Shown here: one piece after another, positions 18,101 to 25,647 of the stretch
Position numbering within the stretch: position 1 is the first letter of the stretch
How the letters are laid out: every line of letters begins with the position of its first letter
Source of the DNA: a virus
Taxonomy: Duplodnaviria; Caudoviricetes
IMG/VR virus record: IMGVR_UViG_3300020446_000073
Span: 1-25,647 of that record
Strand: one strand, 5' to 3'
DNA length: 25,647 nucleotides
Notes under the pieces: generated by a model
What the model saw: the letters and a program-made list of their open reading frames with translations, nothing else
Database searches by the model: none
What the model was told of the DNA's origin: nothing
Made by a program: the position numbers and the translations under genes

Positions 18101-21100
18101 AATTATTTAACAGATTAATAAGAGAAAAACCTTTTGAAGAGTTAGAACAATTTATGCAAACTCAACACACAGTTAAAGAAGTTAAAGCATATACAAACAG
18201 TAGTGTATCTGGTGAAAACGAATCTGAAATTGTTTATGGTGCTGCGGTAATGGGCCCCAAAATTGGTAATGGATTTTATGCAAATTTAAAAGGGTTTTTT
18301 GAACAACTTACTATGGATAGATGGTTAATACGTTCATGGGGTCGTTTAACTGGAACATTAGTTTTAGATCAACGCAAGCAAGCAAATATGAAACGTGATC
18401 AATTAAAACCATTATTAAAAGCACTTAGTCCTAAACAAAGAAAAAAATTACAAGATCTTATTGGTGTCAAAATTAGAATGACTAATTTAGATGAAGTTGC
18501 TGTTGCTATAGACAATGCGAGTACTGATAAACCAAATAGAAAAATAATGAATGAAATTGCAACTATTAAAGATCAGCCCGAAGTAGAACAGGTAATATTT
18601 GACATATTAGGTAAACCCAGAAAAGGATCTGACAGAATAGGTATAGGACATGAAATAAGAAAAAATGGTGTTAGTTACACAAAATTTTTAGATGGGCAAA
18701 AAGAAGCACCAAGCGGAGCACCAGAAAGAAGATTTATAAGAAAAGTATTTAATCAAGCGTTGGACGTATTGCAACAAGATAATCCAGATCTTACAATGGC
18801 TGATTTGCAAGCGTTGTTATGGTATCCCGAAAAAAGATTGTATGATTCTGCTAAACTAGTAGAAGCAGAAGACACTAAAGGTTATGTAGATGACGAAGCA
18901 CCAGACTACGCTAATGCTGCTGTAGGATTAGCAAAAACATTTGGCATTTCTGACGTTGACATACAATCCACAATACAGGAGGTAGACCTTGAAATTCAAA
19001 ACCAGAGCATTGACAGAGCAAGAGTTTCTGAATCAGGAGAAAGAAGACCAGATGGAATACAACAGGATAATGAAACTTTCCGACAAGGACGAAGAAATTT
19101 TGACACCCCAACAGATGAAGGAACTGGACTTCCCCTTAACGGAGACGGAACAGTTACCATCTACCACCACACCGACAAACAATCAGCAGACGCAATCAGA
19201 GAGTCCAATCGACTTGAATACACTACAGCAAGTGATCCCTTCTTTACCACCAGAGATACAGCAGATCTTGGTTATGGTGATACCTCAATTGCAGTCAGAC
19301 TCGACCCTGCTCGACTTAGTATCGATGATGAATTCCCAGACGGACGAAGAGATTACAGACTCAACAATAGAAAAGCTAGAGAGTCTATTTCAGTAGAAAT
19401 AGATGAAAATCCAAATGTTCCAGATTTTGCACCAACTAGTGACCAACTAATAGGAGATTCAATTAGACGAGTAGTTGAATTAGGTGAGCCATACATGGGA
19501 GAGTATGGAGATAAAAGTCCAAATGTAGTTGATAAAGAATTAAGAGATAAAGCCAGTGCATTGTTTGGAGCACAAGCAGCAACGCCAGAAGAAGCTGCTG
19601 CTGCAAGAGCAAGAATAATTGAAAAAACTAAATTAAGAAGAACAAGAAGAAATTTAGAAAAACAAAGTGATTTGTTTTCACAAGCACAAACACCAAAAGG
19701 TTCTAGAGGTCAATTTGATCCTAAAAATTTAACAACACTTTTAACTACAGAAGCTGATTTATCTACGTTTTTACATGAGACAGCACATTATATGTTAACA
19801 GTTATGGAGCAATTAGTATCTTCTGGACAAGCTACTCAGAGAATGACAGACGATTTTAATAAGTTATTAGACTTTTTTGAAGTAGCAGATCTTAATACAT
19901 GGAATAGTTTGTCATTACAAGAAAAAAGAAAATACCATGAATCGTTTGCATATAACTACGAAATATATTTATCAGAAGAAAAAGCTGCACCTAATAGTAA
20001 ATTACAAGAAATGTTTACCAGATTTCGTAAATTTTTAAACAGAATTTATCAATCAATACGAGGTGAATTAAACGAAATATATAAAGCAGAAAATGGTGTA
20101 GACCTGCCAATTCTTACAGATGAGATTAGAGGTGTAATGGATCGCATGGTAGCTAGTGAACAAGAAATACAACAATCACAAAAAATATATAATATGAAAC
20201 CTATGTTTGAAACACAAGCAAGCAGCGGTATGAATGACGCAGAATGGGCTGAATATACAAGAGACATACAACAAGCACAAGAAGAAGCTATAGCTGCATT
20301 AAGTAAAAAAAGTTTTAAAGAAATGGCGGTATTAGATAATGCTAAAGATAAAATAATAAAAAAATTACAAACAAAAGAAAGAGCCGTTAGAAAAAAAATA
20401 TTTGCTGAAGAAATGGAAAAAGCTAAAAAAGAAAAAACATATCGATTAGCAGACTTTTTAAAATATGGTAAAACCATAAATGATCGAGGTGAGCCAGTAA
20501 TAGTTACTGATGGCAACAAACTTAGTTTGGACGAAGTTAAAAACATTGCAGCAGCATCAGAATTTTATGATATGACTGAAGAAATTAAAAAATTAGGTAC
20601 TGGCCAATACGGTATGCTTCGCAAAAATGGACAACCTTTAGCATTGTTTGCTGAAATGTTTAATTATGAATCAGCACACGCAATGATTAATGCTTTGCTT
20701 GATTTAGAACCAATAAATAATGTTGTTAAAGAACGTACAAATAGACGTATGTTAGATGAATATAGTGAATTAGCTGATCCAAAACAAAGAAATTTAATAG
20801 CACTAGAAGCATTACATAACAAAGCAAGAGCAAAATTTATTGCAACTGAATTACGCTTCTTATCAAAAGCTATGCAACCAGTTCGTTATCAAGTTGCAGC
20901 AGCTAGACAAGTTGCACAAGATATATTGGCAAAAACAGCAATGAAAGAAATTAGGCCATCTAGATATGCAAGGGCACAAGCACGCTCAGTAAAACTTACT
21001 GAAAAAGCTATGATGGAAGGTAATACACAAAACGCAATAAAATATAAACGTGCACAATTATTGCAACACGAGTTAGGACGAGAAGCCGTAAAAATGCATA

Positions 21101-23709
21101 ATTTATATAACAAAGTAACTAAAGGTAAAGACGCATTATTTAATAAAGTTTTTGATATAAAAAATGATAAAACAAGAGCAAAAACACAAAATATAGATTT
21201 AATAAATGCTGCAAGATCTATATTGGCTGCATACGGAGTAGGCCCTGCTATAGATAGTCCTATGGATTATGTAGACAAATTAAAATTATATAATGCAGAC
21301 GTTTATGAAAGATTAGCTCCAATAATTCAAGATGCTGTAGATTTTAATTCTAAAGAATTAACTGATTTAACTGGGCAACAATTTACTACTTTAACTGAAC
21401 AAATTAAATCTTTAATATATCAAGCTAGAAACGACAAACAAATTATAGATGGGAAAGACAAAGTAGATTTAGAAATTGCCATAGAACCAATACTGGCCAG
21501 ACTAGATGAAATTATTGCACAAAAAAATTTAAAAGAAATTGGAATGGATGGAACTCCTACTAGATTTGAAGAAATACGTTATATATTTCAAGGTTTTGAA
21601 TCATCTGGATCTCGTGTAGAACATATGATGGATAACTTTGATGGTGCTTTTAGGTCAGGTGCAGGTGCAACTTTAGAACGTGAAACAGCTATGGCAGGGC
21701 CTTTTACAAGATTAATTTGGCGACCTGTTAAAAATGCATTAGATGCATATAGACCAGAAAGAAACAAATACACAAAAAAATACGCAGCTATGTTACAGAT
21801 GCTAGTAGATGCTGATCGTATAGGAAAAGATGCAATTGAAGCAAATGAAATTGGTTTTAAGTTTGGCAATGGTGGAACAGTTCCCGGAAAAGTTGAATTG
21901 TTAGGAGCTATGTTGCATATAGGTAATAACAGTAATAAACGTAAATTATTATTAGGTAGAGGATGGGCTTCCAAATTAGAAGATGGAACTATAGATACAA
22001 CAGCATGGGATTCATTTATGGAACGTATGGAAGACGAAGGTTATATAAATAAAGACGATTGGGATTTTTTACAAGAAGTGTGGGATTTAAATGAAGAAAT
22101 GAAACCTATTGCACAACGAGCACATAAAGAAGTATATGGATATTATTTTAAAGAAATAGAAGCTACACCTATTGTTAATAAATTTGGTACTTATAGAGGT
22201 GGATATGTACCTGCTGCTTTAGATCCAAGAGCAGATAGAAAAAGAGCAGCACTTTCAAAATTAGAAGAATTAGATTCTGAATATAGACAAACATTACCTT
22301 CTACTGGTGATGGATTTACTAGAACTCGTAACGAACAATTTGCCGGCCCATTGTCTTTAGATTTGCGTGTAATGACAAAACATATAGATGATGCTTTACG
22401 TTTTGCATATGTACAACCTGCAATTAAAAACGTACATAAAATTTTAAAACATCCAGAATTCACTAAAAAAATAAATATTATAAACCCTACATATATAGAC
22501 AGAATGTTAATACCTTGGCTAAATAATTCTGCTCGTCAAAGAACATTTATTCCCGGATCACATCCAGAAAGTGTTGATGTGTTTTGGCAAACAGTTAGAA
22601 AAAGAACAGGTGTTGGAATAATGTTTGCTAATATTTCAAACGCATTGCAACAATTAACAGGATATTTTCCTGCAATGTTAAAAGTAGAACCACGATATTT
22701 AAAAGGTGCATTAGGTCAGTATTTACAAAACCCAAATAAATTTGCAAATGAAATAGCAGAATTATCTCCATTTATGTCTGAAAGGCAAAATACCCAAATA
22801 TTTGATATACAAGATAATTTAAATGAATTGCTTATAAACCCTAATGAATTTGAAAAAGTACAAAGATGGGCAACACATCATGGTTACTTTATACAACAAG
22901 CATTTCAAAACCAAGTAGATAGTGTTGTATGGGCAGCGTCATATGAAAAAACTATGGCAGAGTTACCTACAGAAATGTCATTTGAAGAAGCAAGAGCAGA
23001 AGCTATACAACAAGCAGATGCAAATGTACGACTTACGCAAGACAGTTTAAGTGCAGAAGATTTACCTGCGTTTATGATTAATACACCATTTATAAAAACA
23101 TTTTTGCAATTTCAAAATTATTTTAATATGATTGCAAATTTAAATGGCACAGCATATAAAAAAATAATGAGAGATTTAGGTTTCCGGGGTAATAAAGGTA
23201 AATTGTTTATGACTTATCTTTTTGGATTTGCAATGCCATCGTTTGTTGCAGACATGATAGTCAGAGCATTAGGTGAAGGTTTTAACGATGATGAAGATGA
23301 TGGTATTTTTAATGATGTAATGGGTTGGTATTTTGGGTCGCAATTTAGAACAGCAGCAGCTTTAATTCCATTTGGTACTACTGCTTTAGTTGGTATAAAT
23401 ATGTTAGACAATAAACCTTATAATGATCGCATTACATTAAGCCCATCTGTATCAATATTAGAATCTTCTTTACGAGCACCAGTATCGTTTTATTTAGCTT
23501 TAACTAATGAAGATAAAGATTTGTCTGGTAGAAATGTAAAAGATATGTTGACGTTTATGTCTTTAGTAACAGGTATACCATTAACAATATTAGGTAAACC
23601 TATAGGCTATCAAGTAGATGTTAATCGAGGAAAAGTAGATCCATTAAGTTTGCCAGATTATCTTAGAGGTTTAGTAACAGGTAAACCAAGTCAGCGAAGT
23701 AGAAATTAA
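15103..23709 (+). CDS. Giant internal virion / ejection protein (gp16 position) carrying polyvalent enzymatic domains
   Basis: 2868 aa with Gly-rich hydrophobic N-terminal segments, an ART-like domain (~aa 667-805), a glycosylase-like domain (~914-1248), a second ART-like domain (~1342-1420), ADLSTFLHETAH (~1534-1650), and a C-terminal region with YRGGYVP and hydrophobic helices. Confidence 0.85.
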   Translation: MTDSYNIFDDLLREEGRIGGINTNSDTDYNAMSEVLKDEEEERRNIMRANMRLVMEKDPNKVGEAQRMALDLNLPEEIALDSDEAINALIQKKKQERMRSYELSLYDPVLRRQLTDKNFAAIAHDNVDDLQGIAYVFNGIKNMPENIAQGWEKGRLQTRIGKIGNLKKSGKGNELLDLELAKLNERVEQLQSDGSGFWEEASTVVGQMSKTVKTGLEGGSAGAAIGFGLGSVTGPGSIFTAKGGFVVGFMTTMAYESYKIEAGHSYLEMLDEGLDERDAQHISTGVGLTNAALEFGGAGIVFRPLIKKYLAKEVTKKLVKELAKPTLKKAFIDFSKNTILNSSLESLTEVGQEFTNVIGRDLAVRLKDYPDLEVKLGTQEGREEVADRLVTTFIKSMQAMAILGLVPAGGNFAIDVQRAKEANKDTAFLEKVYGMSVDNKTRQRNPKQYRALIDNLAIENGVENLYIEADVFNQSLKDNGILIEDLEVAAPDIARQLKEINEGGGVGTVEMQTGEYFSQLVGTQVGNVIKPHVRKTEKGMSSAEYAQYLKDRPTIEQEMLDAITVESQAVEDFKLDAADVKSTIEQMLKNAGTKYTKNQISDLSTFARDFIVTQAKDLGMSPSQFFSEFYYNIQGEQQINKNVRTSKLNQLFTQDGLVNTQNQISREFFKNSKLIEKDGTPQIIFHGTSDSVKGFDSNNPTKKDDGWAGPGVYAVRGQDAKDFADIYEQKNKGENATPSMPLYAKLENPYVATKAEKNDVREGGKTASTAFRKKLIEEGYDGIIMPLDNNNQEIIIFNQANVKTVEKSGTWEKEIQELLDDTDADEVFEQRAKPQQQGKPVPDNVRQTNRLENSFDFAKSKPFPTNRQFKIELQERVKQAAKEAGIDVNDASIETEKYLVETIIADARFALIENSNAVGWYNEKVTKAKRILSLIHPELDTDPVANFAFTWALANTSNMIKVDKNFELAEKAYRHYKKTGKFPTNIGIGKATDAINNNFKLFNRLIREKPFEELEQFMQTQHTVKEVKAYTNSSVSGENESEIVYGAAVMGPKIGNGFYANLKGFFEQLTMDRWLIRSWGRLTGTLVLDQRKQANMKRDQLKPLLKALSPKQRKKLQDLIGVKIRMTNLDEVAVAIDNASTDKPNRKIMNEIATIKDQPEVEQVIFDILGKPRKGSDRIGIGHEIRKNGVSYTKFLDGQKEAPSGAPERRFIRKVFNQALDVLQQDNPDLTMADLQALLWYPEKRLYDSAKLVEAEDTKGYVDDEAPDYANAAVGLAKTFGISDVDIQSTIQEVDLEIQNQSIDRARVSESGERRPDGIQQDNETFRQGRRNFDTPTDEGTGLPLNGDGTVTIYHHTDKQSADAIRESNRLEYTTASDPFFTTRDTADLGYGDTSIAVRLDPARLSIDDEFPDGRRDYRLNNRKARESISVEIDENPNVPDFAPTSDQLIGDSIRRVVELGEPYMGEYGDKSPNVVDKELRDKASALFGAQAATPEEAAAARARIIEKTKLRRTRRNLEKQSDLFSQAQTPKGSRGQFDPKNLTTLLTTEADLSTFLHETAHYMLTVMEQLVSSGQATQRMTDDFNKLLDFFEVADLNTWNSLSLQEKRKYHESFAYNYEIYLSEEKAAPNSKLQEMFTRFRKFLNRIYQSIRGELNEIYKAENGVDLPILTDEIRGVMDRMVASEQEIQQSQKIYNMKPMFETQASSGMNDAEWAEYTRDIQQAQEEAIAALSKKSFKEMAVLDNAKDKIIKKLQTKERAVRKKIFAEEMEKAKKEKTYRLADFLKYGKTINDRGEPVIVTDGNKLSLDEVKNIAAASEFYDMTEEIKKLGTGQYGMLRKNGQPLALFAEMFNYESAHAMINALLDLEPINNVVKERTNRRMLDEYSELADPKQRNLIALEALHNKARAKFIATELRFLSKAMQPVRYQVAAARQVAQDILAKTAMKEIRPSRYARAQARSVKLTEKAMMEGNTQNAIKYKRAQLLQHELGREAVKMHNLYNKVTKGKDALFNKVFDIKNDKTRAKTQNIDLINAARSILAAYGVGPAIDSPMDYVDKLKLYNADVYERLAPIIQDAVDFNSKELTDLTGQQFTTLTEQIKSLIYQARNDKQIIDGKDKVDLEIAIEPILARLDEIIAQKNLKEIGMDGTPTRFEEIRYIFQGFESSGSRVEHMMDNFDGAFRSGAGATLERETAMAGPFTRLIWRPVKNALDAYRPERNKYTKKYAAMLQMLVDADRIGKDAIEANEIGFKFGNGGTVPGKVELLGAMLHIGNNSNKRKLLLGRGWASKLEDGTIDTTAWDSFMERMEDEGYINKDDWDFLQEVWDLNEEMKPIAQRAHKEVYGYYFKEIEATPIVNKFGTYRGGYVPAALDPRADRKRAALSKLEELDSEYRQTLPSTGDGFTRTRNEQFAGPLSLDLRVMTKHIDDALRFAYVQPAIKNVHKILKHPEFTKKINIINPTYIDRMLIPWLNNSARQRTFIPGSHPESVDVFWQTVRKRTGVGIMFANISNALQQLTGYFPAMLKVEPRYLKGALGQYLQNPNKFANEIAELSPFMSERQNTQIFDIQDNLNELLINPNEFEKVQRWATHHGYFIQQAFQNQVDSVVWAASYEKTMAELPTEMSFEEARAEAIQQADANVRLTQDSLSAEDLPAFMINTPFIKTFLQFQNYFNMIANLNGTAYKKIMRDLGFRGNKGKLFMTYLFGFAMPSFVADMIVRALGEGFNDDEDDGIFNDVMGWYFGSQFRTAAALIPFGTTALVGINMLDNKPYNDRITLSPSVSILESSLRAPVSFYLALTNEDKDLSGRNVKDMLTFMSLVTGIPLTILGKPIGYQVDVNRGKVDPLSLPDYLRGLVTGKPSQRSRN
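18989..19396 (+). CDS. Nested overprinted ORF (+1 frame), acidic 135-aa protein
   Basis: AGGAGGT at 18977-18983, 5 nt before TTG 18989; 135 stop-free codons; the host frame avoids NTA-(A/G) codon junctions in this stretch. Confidence 0.6.
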   Translation: MKFKTRALTEQEFLNQEKEDQMEYNRIMKLSDKDEEILTPQQMKELDFPLTETEQLPSTTTPTNNQQTQSESPIDLNTLQQVIPSLPPEIQQILVMVIPQLQSDSTLLDLVSMMNSQTDEEITDSTIEKLESLFQ

Positions 23710-23711
23710 AG

Positions 23712-23745
23712 GTGTGACCGTAAAGCAAAGAATAGTTGGTAGTCT
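23712..23745 (+). promoter_or_regulatory. Phage late-type promoter, copy 4 (tail fibre)
   Basis: GTGTGACCGTAA (23712-23723), 16 nt, TAGTCT (23740-23745). Confidence 0.75.
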
Positions 23746-23772
23746 AAATAAGATAGTGAATAAGTCTAGTTA

Positions 23773-25647
23773 ATGACAATAAATTCGACTACACGAAAGA
23801 CAGGTAACTTAGTTGGTAATGGTAATACTGCAACATATCCTTTTGCCTTCAAAGTTTTTACAGATGCAGATGTAGTTGTAAAAAAATTAGAAGTAAGTAC
23901 AAGTATAGAAACTACATTAACTTTAGGCGTTAACAACGATTATATAGTTACTTTAAGTGATGATCAAAATGGAAACCCCGGTGGAAGCATAACTTTAAAG
24001 TCAGGAGGTAATGATTTTAATTTGCCTACTGGGTTTGAACTTGTTATTACATCTGCTGTACAACCATTACAAGGTACAGATCTTACAAACCAAGGTGGAT
24101 TTTTTCCAGAAGTTATTAACGATGCATTAGATAAAGCAGTTGTATTGCATCAACAACAACAAGAAAAATTAGACAGATCTATAAGTTTTTCATTGACAAA
24201 TACTATTGGTAATTTAGAAATTACTGAAAATGCTAACGCTAGAAAAAACAGAGTTTTAGGTTTTGATAACTTAGGTGAATTTGAAGTATTAAGAGAATTA
24301 GGAACATACCGTGGTGATTGGGCAGCAAGTCGTAATTATGCAGTTAGAGATTTAGTTAAAGATACATCAACAAATAATATTTTCTTTTGTAATACAGCAC
24401 ATACATCATCTGGTTCTCAACCATTAACAACTAATGCTAATTCTGCAAATTGGGATTTAATTGTAGACGCAGAATCAGCAACTATATCAGCAAACAATGC
24501 AGCAGCATCTGCTACAGCATCTGCCAACTCAGCAACTGCATCGGCTAATAGTGCTACAGCAGCAGCGACATCTGAAACAAATGCTGCAAGCTCTGCATCA
24601 ACTGCAACTTCAAAAGCTACTCAAGCAGATACCGCAAAAACAGCCGCAGAAACTGCACAAGCCGCAGCAGAAACTGCACAAACGGCAGCGGAAACAGCAT
24701 TAGATACTTTTGATGATAGATATTTAGGTGCTAAATCTTCTGATCCTACGTTAGACAATGATGGTAACGCACTTATAGATGGAGCTTTATATTTTAATAC
24801 AACAGATAACGTCACTAAAGTTTATGACCTTGGTAACACTGTATGGGTATTATTAAAACTAACATCAAATGATCAAGCGAAAGTTAACACTATAGAAGCA
24901 AACATAAGCAATGTAAATGCAGTTGGAAGCAACATTTCTAATGTTAATGCAGTAGCTAATAATGAAACTAATATAAATGCTGTTAATGCAAACCAGAACA
25001 ATATAGATACCGTTGCAGCAGCAAATGCAAATGTCAATGCAGTTGGTAGTAATATCTCTAATGTAAACGCAGTCGCTGCTAATGCTTCTAATATTAATGC
25101 AGTTCAATCTAATGAAACAAATATAAACACTGTTGCAGGGTCAAATGCAAATATAAATACAGTTGCTAATAATATAGGAGATGTTAATACAGTAGCAGCA
25201 GATATAGCTAAAGTTGTAAAAGTAGCTGATGATTTAAATGAAACTGTTTCTGAGATAGAAGTAGCAGCAGCAGATTTACAAGAAACGACTTCTGAAATAG
25301 ATACTGTTGCAAACGCTATAGCAAATGTAGATATAGTTGGAAATAACATTGCAGACGTAAACACGGTAGCTGGCATATCTACTGATGTTACAGATGTAGC
25401 TAATATAAAAGATGACGTTACGGCAGTAGCAGGTAATAATGCTAACGTTACTGCTGTTAAAAATAACGAAACTAATATAAATACGGTTGCAAGTAATATA
25501 AGTAATGTTGTAGCGGCAGGTACAAACATAGTAGATATAAATAATTTTGGAGATATATATCAAATATCAAATAATCAACCTACACAAAGAGCAGATGGCA
25601 GTGCCTTGCAAGATGGAGATTTATGGTATGACAGTTCTAATGATAAT
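23773..25647 (+). CDS. Tail fibre protein, partial (runs off the right edge)
   Basis: Not in the ORF track. ATG 23773 opens 625 codons to the window end. It has a T7 gp17-like anchor (GNGNTATYPFAFKVF...DY.VT...GGSITL...LTNQGGFFPEVINDALDK), a YRGDWAASRNYAVRDLV module, an Ala/Ser/Thr coiled coil, FDDRYLGAKSSDPTLDNDGNAL.DGALYFN, and decad repeats. Confidence 0.9.
   Translation, partial: MTINSTTRKTGNLVGNGNTATYPFAFKVFTDADVVVKKLEVSTSIETTLTLGVNNDYIVTLSDDQNGNPGGSITLKSGGNDFNLPTGFELVITSAVQPLQGTDLTNQGGFFPEVINDALDKAVVLHQQQQEKLDRSISFSLTNTIGNLEITENANARKNRVLGFDNLGEFEVLRELGTYRGDWAASRNYAVRDLVKDTSTNNIFFCNTAHTSSGSQPLTTNANSANWDLIVDAESATISANNAAASATASANSATASANSATAAATSETNAASSASTATSKATQADTAKTAAETAQAAAETAQTAAETALDTFDDRYLGAKSSDPTLDNDGNALIDGALYFNTTDNVTKVYDLGNTVWVLLKLTSNDQAKVNTIEANISNVNAVGSNISNVNAVANNETNINAVNANQNNIDTVAAANANVNAVGSNISNVNAVAANASNINAVQSNETNINTVAGSNANINTVANNIGDVNTVAADIAKVVKVADDLNETVSEIEVAAADLQETTSEIDTVANAIANVDIVGNNIADVNTVAGISTDVTDVANIKDDVTAVAGNNANVTAVKNNETNINTVASNISNVVAAGTNIVDINNFGDIYQISNNQPTQRADGSALQDGDLWYDSSNDN
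24901..25545 (+). repeat. Degenerate 30-bp / 10-aa tandem repeats in the tail fibre shaft
   Basis: NISNVNAVGS / NISNVNAVAN / NETNINAVNA / ... / NETNINTVAS, roughly 20 units with an interrupted middle part. Confidence 0.85.

Noticed and set aside
2892-23723. GTGTGACCGTAA repeats as CRISPR repeats, att sites or recombination sites
   Set aside because: They are dispersed, in the same orientation, only 12 bp long, and always followed by a -10-like hexamer at fixed spacing, so a promoter fits better.
24497-24703. 68-aa Gln/Leu/His-rich + strand ORF
   Set aside because: It is the alternative frame of the Ala/Ser/Thr repeat of the tail fibre. GCN/ACN/TCN runs cannot produce stops in that frame, and there is no SD, unlike the 18989 ORF.
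731-25563. Numerous minus-strand ORFs in the track (for example 731-1075, 1072-1422, 17496-17984, 20049-20546, 25104-25529)
   Set aside because: They are antisense shadows of well-supported + strand genes, with Ser/Ile/Phe-rich compositions typical of reverse-complemented AT-rich codons and no RBS or motifs.
23773-25647. Diversity-generating retroelement, as in BPP-1
   Set aside because: No reverse transcriptase or TR/VR repeat pair is present in this window; the fibre C-terminus lies outside it.

Overview
The window is the packaging and virion-structure operon of an AT-rich podovirus with the Bordetella BPP-1 / Salmonella epsilon15 type of gene layout, probably an aquatic or marine phage. 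Almost everything is on the + strand. The order is: HTH protein, TerS, TerL, 2OG-Fe(II) hydroxylase, GNAT, small pre-portal protein, portal, staple-like protein, two small basic proteins (one missing from the ORF track), Bbp19-like protein, scaffold, major capsid, cement protein, small protein, terminator, tail adaptor, tail nozzle, three internal (ejection) proteins, and a tail fibre that runs off the right edge. A partial leftward gene sits at the left edge. The most notable observations are: (1) a 135-codon +1-frame gene with a perfect SD, nested in the 2868-aa ejection protein exactly over one of its effector-like domains and supported by local codon avoidance, which makes it a candidate overprinted immunity gene; (2) the polyvalent enzymatic cargo of that giant protein (two ART-like domains, a glycosylase-like domain and an HExxH domain); (3) a four-copy non-sigma70 promoter, GTGTRACCRTAA-N16-TAnnnT; (4) complete recoding of Pro-Gly and Gly-Pro codon pairs that avoids CCWGG and GGWCC; (5) a shared (L/M)Y(P/G/S) tail motif in the scaffold and three small neighbours. 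All family calls come from motif recognition by eye, and no searches were run.
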